This document shows positions 1-9,879 of a stretch of DNA of 64,000 nt, one piece after another. The notes below the pieces were generated by a model. The model worked only from the letters and a program-made list of their open reading frames with translations. It was not told the origin of the DNA and did no database searches. The DNA lies in NCBI RefSeq assembly GCF_036971445.1, contig NC_091472.1, positions 109,988,001 through 110,052,000 of the forward strand. The letters run 5' to 3'. The DNA comes from Narcine bancroftii (lineage: Eukaryota). Positions within the stretch are counted from its first letter, which is position 1; the number at the start of each line of letters is the position of its first letter. A program made the position numbers and the translations under genes.

Positions 1-750
1 CTGATCTGAGAACCAATCATCCACCACTACTCTCTGGCTTCTCCCATCCAGCCATTGTCAAATCCAATTAACAGCTTCACCATGAATACTGAGCACCCGA
101 ACCTTCCTGACTAACCTCCCATGTGGGACTTGGTCAAAGGCCTTACTAAAGTCCATGCAGACAACATCCACAGCATTTCCTTCATCCAATTTCCTGGTAC
201 CCTCCTTGAAAAACACTATAAGTTTGGTTAAACACGACCAACCATGCACAAAGCTATGCTGATTATCCCTAATCATTCCCTGACTAGCCAAATAATTGTA
301 TATCCAATCTTTTAGAACACTTTCCAATAGTTTACTACTGACATCAGGTTCATGCACCTATAATTTCCAGTTACTTTTGTAGCCTTTTTTTAAAACAATG
401 GAATAATGTGAGATACCCTCCAATCTTCTGGCACCTCACCAGTGGCTATGGACATTTAAAATATTTCTGCCAGACCCCCTGAAATTTCTGCACTAGCTTC
501 CCTCAATGTCTGAGGGAATATCTTGTCAGGCCCTGGGGATTTATTTGTTTTAAGAAAGCAAGCACATCTTCCTCTTTAATCTGTATAGGTTCCATATCCT
601 CATGGCTTGCTTTCCTTCCCATAATTCTGTGCCCATTTTCTGAGTGAATAACAAAAAAAAAATTAAAATCTTTCGCATCTCTTTTGGCTCCAGACAAAGC
701 TAACCACTCTGATTTTCAAGGGAACAAATTTTGTCCCTTACTCTCCTTAT
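1..750 (-). mobile_element. CR1-type LINE reverse transcriptase fragment, degraded
   Basis: ORF 58-357 reads QHSFVHGWSCLTKL...VDVVCMDFSKAFDQVPHGRLVRKV, the typical CR1 RT region; frameshifted continuation to about 700. Confidence 0.85.
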
Positions 751-1742
751 CTTGTTTCCTTTTGGCATATTGTGATAATTTAACTTATGCTATTGTAATT
801 GGTGTATTTTATGTACTGTCTTGACTGCAGCCAGTAAGAATTCTGGTGCATGGAGCTATGCTGATGAAGCTAATTTTTCATATTCATGTTTATTTGTGTA
901 TCCTCTTGGCAGCTTTTTGATGTTGATTATGGAATAATTATAGTTACCCTGTCAAGCACCTTTTGTTCAACCACATTGCATTAAACTTTCCATAAGTTTT
1001 TAAAATTTAAAATTAAAATACTATAGCAGAAACTGGAGTTTGAAAATATAAACAGAAAATGCTGAAAACACTCAACAGGTCAGGCAGCATCCATGGAAAG
1101 AGAAATACAATTAATATTCCAGGACAAAATTGCTGCTAAAATAGCATGCATACCAGTAGCATAGATTGATTTTTTTTAAAATCAGCATTGAAAACATACT
1201 CATTCTGGTGGAGGAATTTAATGGGTCAAGCCACATCAGTGGGAGAAAATGAATGATCACCATCAGGGGTTGAGCTCAAAACACAGATGTTGCTCAACCG
1301 ACTGTGTTCCTTCAGTAGATTATGTTTGGTTTCAAATTCCAGCATCTGCAACTTCCTGCATCTCTTCAGCATGGAAACCATATTTTATAAATGCTATTGG
1401 TGAAAATGAAACTGTTAATAAATTAGTTTCATAGTTATGAAGGATGGATTTCCCTGGTAACCACATACTGACCTCCAGCAGTGGTCAAAAATAGGACTCA
1501 TGAAGATTTCAGCTGCATTCTCCCAGCCACTCACAGCCTCCACTGCCAAGTAACCTGAAGCTTTTTTTTCCATTCATTTTAATAATGTTTAATGTATTAT
1601 TTCCAATGCAGATCAGCTGATTGATATTTACAGTTAAAATAACCACTTGTGCTTCAGATGATATTCGTGGTTATAACATCTTAATTTTCACGGAAATTGC
1701 AGATTTTTATATTATTGATTAAGATTGATGATCAGTGCAAAG

Positions 1743-1885
1743 NNNNNNNNNNNNNNNNNNNNNNNNNNNNNNNNNNNNNNNNNNNNNNNNNNNNNNNNNN
1801 NNNNNNNNNNNNNNNNNNNNNNNNNNNNNNNNNNNNNNNNNNNNNNNNNNNNNNNNNNNNNNNNNNNNNNNNNNNNNNNNNNNNN
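1743..1885. other. assembly gap (N run)
   Basis: run of N. Confidence 1.
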
Positions 1886-1922
1886 ACCTGTGTATATGTG
1901 AGAAACTGTGTGTGTGTGTGTT

Positions 1923-1958
<36 letters not shown>

Positions 1959-2092
1959 AGTCTGGCTGTGTTTATGTCTACCTGTGTATATTTGAGAAAC
2001 TGTGTGTGTGTGTGTGTGTGAGAAAGAGAGTCTGGAGTGTCTGGCTGTGTTTATGCCTGCCTGTGTATATGTGAGAAACTGTGTGTGTGTGT
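1886..2092. repeat. compound minisatellite with (TG)n/(GA)n cores, about 3 units, abutting the gap
   Basis: the unit ACCTGTGTATATGTGAGAAACTGTGTG...GTCTGGCTGTGTTTATG recurs. Confidence 0.85.
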
Positions 2093-3615
2093 CTTGTATT
2101 TAACTTAATTAGCGGGCAACTCCCCTGGGTGAAAGTAATCTATTCTAATGTCAATACACTCCAGTGATTACAAACCACCTGATTTTCCGCATACGAGTAC
2201 ATTCGTTTTTCGTGATTGTTAAAATAATTTGTCAAAACTTTTCATTTTCTGCAACATCTGGTCGAAATTGTTCGAAATTAACCTTGCGTGTTCTGGCAGT
2301 CATAGGAGTCAGGAACATTTTGGGAATGAGTCATTGTGGCGACAGGAGCGATGAAGAGACTTATAACCATATAACCATCAAATGCGGGGATTGCAGGTGT
2401 GGATCGGTGGGAATCGTCCAACACGTTGGTTCCAGAACACTATCCCACGCCTTCCTGTCTGCAGCCGTTAGTTCCAGCTCCCCAGTCTCTGCAGAAGTAT
2501 TGCCGACTTCAGTGTTTAATAGTCCAGTTCAAGCCTTGTGAGTGATGGGAGATCCTCCAAGGGAGAACGGCTCCAAGGAGAGCAGGAGGACGGACGCAGT
2601 CACAACATTCTCTCACTCAAAACAGAAATATCTTCTTCCAGAGTTTCTCGTAAATGACTTTGACAGAGATACCTACACACGCTGATTTAATAATAATTCT
2701 GTGTGGCTTTTAGTTGAGGTTAGGGCCAGAGTGCGTCAAATCAGTTTTGATAACCTGTACTGCTTGCTTTATTTCGGTATACAACGCTCGACTCCGAACG
2801 CAATCCCCCTTCTATTCAATGTCCCACAGACAGAGGACGCAGGGTGTAATTAGAACAATTTCCACAAGAAAAAAAAAGGTGGAGCTTCCATGGAAATCCA
2901 GCTGAGGTTTGCATCGCTTCTGAATTGAGACTGGCAGGATCAGAAATGAAGTCCAAAAGTAAAGATGGGCGCAATGCAATTCCGAAGTCGAAACGGATTT
3001 GCGACATAGACTCAGCAAGTCTCTGTGGACAGAAAATCCGGGGATCAATTGGTGAGGTCGGTGACCTTTCATCGCGAATCCTGCAAAGTGGATGAGCGGG
3101 GAGTTTCTTCCAAGGGACATTTGTGCCAAAATGTTCGCGGCCCCAGGTGATCAGAAGAAACGGAATCCTTCATTTCCCCCAGACCCCGCACATCCCGCCC
3201 TGAATGCTGGGGTCGATTTACTCCCCTTTGAGATCAAGTGAAGTTTGCGTTCAAAAGTTTGAATTTCAGAACGCAGGGGTTCGTGAACATGCACCTCTTC
3301 CCCTTGAGTCGGAGAGGCGATGTCAAAGCCCAGTTTACAATCTTTCTCGTGGTCATGCCATGAAAATAACGCTTTTAAACCTCCCGCAATGAGTTGGGTT
3401 AAAATCTCCCTTTTGTGCATTTATACACGTGATTTTTTTTAAAAAAGAGAAAAAATTGTCCATTTATTCGCCCTGTTGCGAACTTAAGTTTTATAGATTC
3501 AAGACAGCACCCTGTTGAGTGAATGACGCAGGATTGTAGGTAAGTCGTGGACTATTATTCATTCATCAGGTCTTGTATTTAAGAAGCACCAGAAAGGACC
3601 GACGAAAGCAGCCGC

Positions 3616-3619
<4 letters not shown>

Positions 3620-3646
<27 letters not shown>

Positions 3647-3755
3647 GAGCGGCCGGGAGTCTTTGCCGTGCAGCTCTCTCAGACAGGTATCGACCAATGG
3701 GCGGAATCTTGGTTTGAGAGATCAGGAGGGGGAAAGGGGAGGGGGGCGGGGTGGA
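3620..3755 (+). promoter_or_regulatory. SSTR4 proximal 5' region: (CA)n, CCAAT box, GC boxes, G-run cluster
   Basis: (CA)n at 3620-3646, CCAAT at 3694-3698, GGGCGG at 3699-3704 and again within the G-rich tract 3728-3751, in a CpG-rich region just upstream of ATG 3819. Confidence 0.5.
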
Positions 3756-3818
3756 GAGGTAATTTTCTTTGGAGACTTGTCGGGGGTTGAGAGGGAGGGC
3801 AAAGAGCGCCGACGGAAG

Positions 3819-4964
3819 ATGAACAGGTGTAGTTTTCTGTTACCTCCCGACCAAGACACGGCGATCAAGGTGGGGTGTTGGAACGGATCCAACGACCAGT
3901 TGGATCTCATCACGGGTCTGCCCTCCAACTACACGTTCGGCGCTTACGACGAAGTGAGGGACGCTCGGATGGTGGTGATCCAATTCATTTATGCCATCGT
4001 GTGCCTGGTGGGACTCATCGGTAATTCCATGGTCATTTTTGTCATCCTGAGGTACGCCAAGATGAAAACGGCCACCAACATCTACATCCTGAACCTGGCG
4101 ATAGCGGACGAGCTCTTCATGCTGAGCGTCCCCTTCCTGTCCGCCTCTGCTGCCCTGCAACGCTGGCCCTTCGGCTCGCTGATGTGCCGTACCGTCCTCA
4201 GTGTGGATGGCATCAACCAGTTCACCAGCGTGTTCTGCCTGACCGTGCTCAGCGTAGACAGGTACGTGGCTGTCGTCCATCCCATCAAAGCGGCGAGATA
4301 CAGGAGACCCACCATCGCCAAGATCATCAACCTATGCGTTTGGGTCTTCTCTCTCGTGGTCATCTTGCCCATCATCGTCTTCGCCGGCACGGCGCCCAGC
4401 GAAGACGGCGGTGTGCTCTGTAACTTCCTCTGGCCGCAGCCTTCCTGGTCGGTGGCGTTTGTCATCTACACCTTCCTGCTGGGCTTTCTCATCCCCGTCT
4501 TCGCCATCTGCCTCTGCTACATCCTGATCATCCTCAGAATGAGGGTGGTTGCGCTGAAGGCTGGGTGGCAGCAACGCCGAAAGTCCGAGAAGAAGATCAC
4601 TCGCATGGTCCTGATGGTGGTGACCGTGTTCGTTATCTGCTGGATGCCTTTCTACGTGGTGCAGCTGACAAACATCTTTCTCTCCCTGGACACCACGGTC
4701 ACCCAGTTGTGCCTTATCCTCAGCTACGCCAACAGCTGCGCCAACCCCATCCTCTACGGCTTCCTCTCGGACAATTTTAAGAGGTCCTTCCAGAGGATCC
4801 TGTGCTTCAGCTGGATGGAGAACGACGCCGAGGAGCCGGTGGACTATTGCGCCACGGCCTTAAAGAGCAGGGTGTGCAATCCGCTGGAGTTTCAGCCGGG
4901 AAACCCGGCTTCTGACGCCGTGTTCAGGGATGGCACTTGCGCATCCAGAACGACCACGTTATGA
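3819..4964 (+). CDS. SSTR4: somatostatin receptor type 4 (class A GPCR), single coding exon, about 381 aa
   Basis: 7-TM protein with [15 protein letters not shown] and the SSTR signature [11 protein letters not shown]; SSTR4-like [16 protein letters not shown] and WPQPSWS; N-glycosylation sites NGS and NYT; PDZ-type tail TTL; adjacent to THBD and CD93 as in human. Start placed at MNRCS (ATG 3819), not at the ORF-track start 3573. Confidence 0.88.
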   Translation: MNRCSFLLPPDQDTAIKVGCWNGSNDQLDLITGLPSNYTFGAYDEVRDARMVVIQFIYAIVCLVGLIGNSMVIFVILRYAKMKTATNIYILNLAIADELFMLSVPFLSASAALQRWPFGSLMCRTVLSVDGINQFTSVFCLTVLSVDRYVAVVHPIKAARYRRPTIAKIINLCVWVFSLVVILPIIVFAGTAPSEDGGVLCNFLWPQPSWSVAFVIYTFLLGFLIPVFAICLCYILIILRMRVVALKAGWQQRRKSEKKITRMVLMVVTVFVICWMPFYVVQLTNIFLSLDTTVTQLCLILSYANSCANPILYGFLSDNFKRSFQRILCFSWMENDAEEPVDYCATALKSRVCNPLEFQPGNPASDAVFRDGTCASRTTTL

Positions 4965-5845
4965 ATGCGTGGAAGTCTTGTCCTATTTCCTCCTGATAAC
5001 CTTCTTAACAAACGGGTTAAATAGAGTTTGCTGAAAAAAAGCTGCCTGTTAGCGCAATGATCGTCGCTACTGTTAGAAATGTAAGCTGCGGGAGTGTGCC
5101 GCTTAGTGTTGGCGAGGAATACGGTTTGAAAAAGACCTTGTGCCTACGTATCGCTTTCCCAAGGGACATTCTCGTTTCGGACGGCCTGCCTCTTGTTTTT
5201 CTCATGACTATGTGCCTGACTTGCTTGACCGTGATCGCTCAAACTGATCTGGAGTCAGCGAATTACCCCAGTGTCTGCCGTGCGTCCTATCCAGCCAAGC
5301 TTTCAAGGTAACTTCTACGGTGTTCTTGTGCGCAGTGAAGCGGTCCACGTCTCGGTCTCAATCACCACATGCCGACGATTACTGGGGTCTCTGCAACAAC
5401 AAGGTGACACCCACAGCGAAGACATTTATTATCCTTTTGACAGAGCTACAGCCGAAGTTGTCCATTTGCACAGGCTGGCTGGTATTCATTTTTAATTCAA
5501 GATTCGTCTGTTTTGTTCATTTTCCTATTGTGTTTGAAGAAACCGGTTAACAGTTAATGTAAAAGATTTCGATATTTTTTAAAAAATTTCATTGTTTGTA
5601 AAATGATGTGGATTTGTGTCGCTCTGACAATGCCCCTGGCTCATAATATAAACCTGAGACTTGAATAAGTTAAGATAAACACGCAGCCAGCCTTTCCACT
5701 TATTTTCTGTTCCTTTATTTGGGGAGGTTAATTGATGTGATTTGAACAAGGAGTTAAATGTGAGTTATTTTGAAGATGCTGCTAAGTAAGTTTCCTGTGG
5801 GTTGCACATTAATATAATTCATTTCGCTTCACAATCATCAAAAAT

Positions 5846-5913
5846 AATAAAAGATGATGGTAGAAAAAGAGTTGATATCTCTTCCCTGGGTATCAATATT
5901 GGATGGTAATAAA
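5846..5913 (+). terminator. candidate SSTR4 polyadenylation signals
   Basis: AATAAA at 5846-5851 and 5908-5913, about 0.9 kb after the stop codon. Confidence 0.35.
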
Positions 5914-6099
5914 ACATGCAGCAATGAGGAAAAGTAAAACATGCACACTGTTTAGAAAAGGAGAAACCTGGCAGTGATTATGAAGCACTCTTTGTTATTT
6001 TCTAATGCATTTTGATGCGGGTGATGAGTTTACTGTCAAGCGCATTATGCAACAGTTAACTAATTGAATTAAATGAAGAAACAATAAATACATAAGGAG

Positions 6100-6470
6100 T
6101 ATATGAGCATTCACCGTAAACCTAATGCAATAAAAAAAGTGACATGAAATCATGCAGCTTGTCCATGATTAGTGCAACGAGGGGATATTCAAGAGCCCAA
6201 TAGCCTTTGGAAACTTTTCTTAAACCAAGAGATGCTGGACTCCAGGCTTCTCTACCTTCTGCGTGAAGGTAGCAGTGAGAAGAGGTGATGGGGATCTTTT
6301 ACAATGTTGGATGCCTTCCTGAGGCAGCACCTCTCATAGATATCTGCATTGGATGGGAGGTCAGAGCCTGTGAGGGAACAAGATATGTTTACTATCTTCT
6401 ATGGCCTTCTGCATTCCTGGTCAATTGAATTCCCAAATCAGGCTGCAGTGCAACCAATTAGTGTATTTTC
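6100..6470 (-). mobile_element. Rex1/Babar-type LINE 3' fragment
   Basis: resembles the Rex1 3' sequences at 60540-61100 and, in reverse, 22200-22590. Confidence 0.5.
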
Positions 6471-6887
6471 CAGTGATGAATACTCTGGGGTATCGATATT
6501 TGTGATAAAAAAATACACTCACACTTCTTGAATCCAGATTGTAGGTTTTGGAAATATTGATTTAGCTCAGTTGTTGGAACCCTCACCTTTAAATTGGAAG
6601 ATTTCTGGATTCAGTGAATTGGGGATTTGAAATTTATATGCTCCTGACATTGCATTGTTTGAAGAACTGGACTACCAAAGATGCCATCCTTCAAGTAAGG
6701 AAAATGAAACAACTTTGGGGTGAAAACTCATCACCAGTCATTCATTCTACCTAATTTTCCTTCCTGTTGAGTTCAGTCAAGTAAGAACACCAGGTATATT
6801 CCCTTCAAGGCAAACTGGCATGAACTTGCTTTACCTGCCCACTGAAACTCTAAACAGTGAAGTCTGCAGCTGCTGTGATTTTTCAGA

Positions 6888-8297
6888 AATACACAATAGT
6901 GCTGGAGAAACTCAGCAGGTGACACAGAGCCTATAGGGAGTAAAAGGTAACTAATGTTTTGGGCTTGAGCCCTTCCTTAAGGAGTGAGCGAAAAGCAGGC
7001 AGGCACCTGAATAAAAAAGTGGGAGGAGGAGAGGAGGAAGAAAGGGGCAGGGAGGGGACTATAAGCTAACAGGTAAGAGGTCATTGGTGGAAAAGGTGGG
7101 AGGTTATAGGAGAAAAAAGCTGAAGGGATAGCTCTCTGAATGGAGAAGGAATGGAAGGGAGTGGGGAGCTGAAGGAAAGAAAATGAGAGACAGGGAAAGA
7201 AAGAGACTCAGGAGACAGTTTTAACAGTATCTGGAGAAGTCAATGTTAATGACGCCTGGTTGGAGATTTGCGAGACAGAATATTGTGTGTTGTTCCTCCA
7301 ATTTGAGGATAGCCTACGTTTGGCAGTGCATGAAGCCATTGATAGACATGGTGGTGTGGGATTGGTGGCTGGAATGAAAATAGTTGGTCACAGTTTATTA
7401 CAGCTGACAGAGTGAAAGTACGCAATAAACAGATCTCCCCATCTGTGGCCAGCCTCTCTGATGTGGAGAAGGCCATAATGGGAGCACAGAAACAGTAAAT
7501 GACCCCTGCAGATTTACAAGTGTTGTTTCACTTGTTTGGGGCCCCAAATGGTGGTGAGAAGGGGTGTGGGCATAAATGCAGCATTGCCTTCATTCTCAGG
7601 GGTAGGTTCCAAGGGCGTGATTAGTGCACAGGGATAAGTGGACAAGAGAGTCCTGGAGAGAACAATCCTTGTGGAATGAGGAGAGGGGAAGGTAGGGGAA
7701 GAAGTGTCTGGTGGTGGGATCACATTGTAGGTGGTGGAAATTGTGACGGATTATGTATTGGACGCAGAAGCTGGGTGGGTGATAGGAGAGGACAAGGTTA
7801 GTTCTGTCCTTTCATTTTGGTGCAGAAGGGGGGCCAGGGCCGATGTGCAGGAAATAGTGGTAATGTGGGTAAGGACTGAGTTGATGGCAGTAGAGGGGAA
7901 GCCAAGTTATTTTGAAGACGGAGGACATTTTTTGATGTGGAATGGAAGATGTCATCATGGGAACAGATGAGACTGAGGCAGAGAAATTGAGAGAAAGGAA
8001 TAGAATCTTTACAGAAATACAATCCTGACAGTGTGTAAAGAGGTGTAGTTAAGGTGACTGTGGAGTTGGTAGGTTTGTTGAAAATATCTGTAGAGAGTTT
8101 GTCTCCTGAGGTGGAGACAGAGAAATCGAGAAAGGGGAGGGTGTTTCTGCCCCTTCCTCCCTCTTCTCCTCTCCTCCCACCACCATTTTATTCAGGCGCC
8201 TGTCTCATTTTTGGTCATACTTTGATGAAAGGCTCAGGCCCTCTACTTCCTATAGATGCCGCATGGCCTGCTGACTTTCTCCAGCACATTTGTATAT
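6888..8297 (-). mobile_element. Penelope-like element fragment with inverted terminal (pseudo-LTR) segments
   Basis: minus-strand CKDSIPFSQFL.L..ICS and TTIWGPKQ..KQH motifs of the PLE RT-end/GIY-YIG region; left end GCTGGAGAAACTCAGCAGG is inverted relative to right end CCTGCTGACTTTCTCCAGC. Confidence 0.75.
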
Positions 8298-9056
8298 TGC
8301 ATGCTATGTTAAAGCTGTCTCTTTTATTTAATCATAGCCTGGATAAAGATTCCATTGCATTATTTGACAAGCAGTATCATCCCTTGCTGTCTTTGCCATC
8401 GTTGAAGCCTTTTAAGGCATCAATCAACAATGACAAATCAGTTCTACACTCTTCTCATTCATGTTTGAATGAGCCTGGAATGCATTAAATAGCAACTATC
8501 ACTGCCAATCGACTTTGACTGTAGTTCATAAGTAAATAACGTGAAGAAATCTAACAGACAAAATTTTTCTATCAGGTCCATTCCACCCACATTTCAAAAA
8601 TGATTAATCAAAATACCACTACTCCCCAAAATCCATTGAAACCTCACTTTCAAGAATCTACTTCAGAGCATGTTTTGACAAAAGTATGTATCACAAATGT
8701 TAAGCCATTTTGAATTTCTGAAAATGCTGATAAAAATATTCTTTCAAGAAAGTCGACAGATTCTGTGCTTGAGTGCAATAAATAAACACTAACCTTGACG
8801 AAGAGCCTTGGACTGAAATGTTAGTTCGCCCATATTTTATATTTTCTGCTGAGTTTCTCCAGCAAGCTGGTGTATTACAAAATTATTCTTTCCTCACTCC
8901 ACCCCATGCAACGTCAAGCAGGGTTATTAATACCATTTAGCGATAACTCTCCTTCCTCAGAAATAATATTTCTTGGGCCAGGTCCAATTCTTAAAAATAT
9001 GAATTAATTTTCAATCAATCATTTTATCTGGGACTATGCCTTAATTTAATATTTAA

Positions 9057-9594
9057 TACACAAAAGAGCTGGAGAAACAGAAGGTCACATGACATCCATA
9101 GGAAACAAATATGTACAACCAAAGTTTTGGGTCTGAGCCCTTCATCACAGTATCAGCATGAAGCAGGCAGATGCCTGAATTAAAAGGATGGGGGAGCAAG
9201 GAAAAGGGCACAAGGGCAAGGGCCACAGCCCTTGGGTCATGGGTGGAAGGGCAGGAGTAAAAAAATGATGTGAGAGGAGAAGGGGGTAGCTCTCTGAATG
9301 GAGAAGGAAAGGGGTGGGAGCTGGAGGAATGAAGACGGAGGGATAGGGAAAGAGAAGAGTCGGGGATGAGCTGGCACTCTCTCTCTCCCACCCCCTCTTT
9401 CTCTATCCCTCTGGTTCCTTTCCTCCCACCCTCTGCCTCTTCTTCCCTCCCACCCCCACCTTTTTTATTCAGGGACCTGCCTGCGTTTTGCTCATCCCTT
9501 AACGAAGGGTTTAGGCCTAAAAGGTTGACTGTATATCTTTGTTTCCTATGGATGCTGCATGACCTGCTGAGTTTCTCCTCCTCTTTTATGTTTT
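9057..9594. repeat. inverted pair of Penelope-type terminal repeats (fold-back structure)
   Basis: CATCCATAGGAAACAAA...GCAGGCAGATGCCTGAAT on the left pairs with ATTCAGGGACCTGCCTGC...TTTGTTTCCTATGGATG on the right. Confidence 0.75.
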
Positions 9595-9630
9595 AAACCA
9601 CAATCACAGCATCTGTAGACTTTCTTGTTC

Positions 9631-9879
9631 AGACATAGATATATAGGTACAACACAATAACAGGCCATTTCGCCCATGAACCAAATTTACATCCCATTAA
9701 CCTACACCCTCAGTATTTTGAATGATGTGAGGAAACCTGAGCCCTCGGAGAAAACCCACAAAGACATGGGGAGAACATACAAACTCCTTACAGACAGCAC
9801 AGGATTCGAACCCCAGTCTGGTCACAATTGCTGGCGCTGTAAAGGCATTGCACTAACCACAACGCCAACTATGCTGCCA
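9631..9879 (-). mobile_element. tRNA-derived SINE (V-SINE/HE1-like)
   Basis: B-box-like GGTTCGAATCC on the minus strand; core GGAGAAAACCCAC...GGGGAGAACATACAAACTCCTTACAGACAGC; related copies near 13940-14120, 33915-34097 and 51130-51350. Confidence 0.75.

Noticed and set aside
1886-2092. Repeat-spacer-like pattern suggestive of CRISPR
   Set aside because: Eukaryotic context, the 'spacers' are simple dinucleotide runs, and there are no cas genes.
3573-3818. 82-aa N-terminal extension of the SSTR ORF
   Set aside because: It starts at TTG and translates the (CA)n repeat and G-rich promoter sequence; ATG 3819 gives a normal receptor N-terminus.
9760-9879. tRNA-like A/B box sequence as a tRNA gene
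   Set aside because: It is the head of a multi-copy SINE and lacks a complete cloverleaf.
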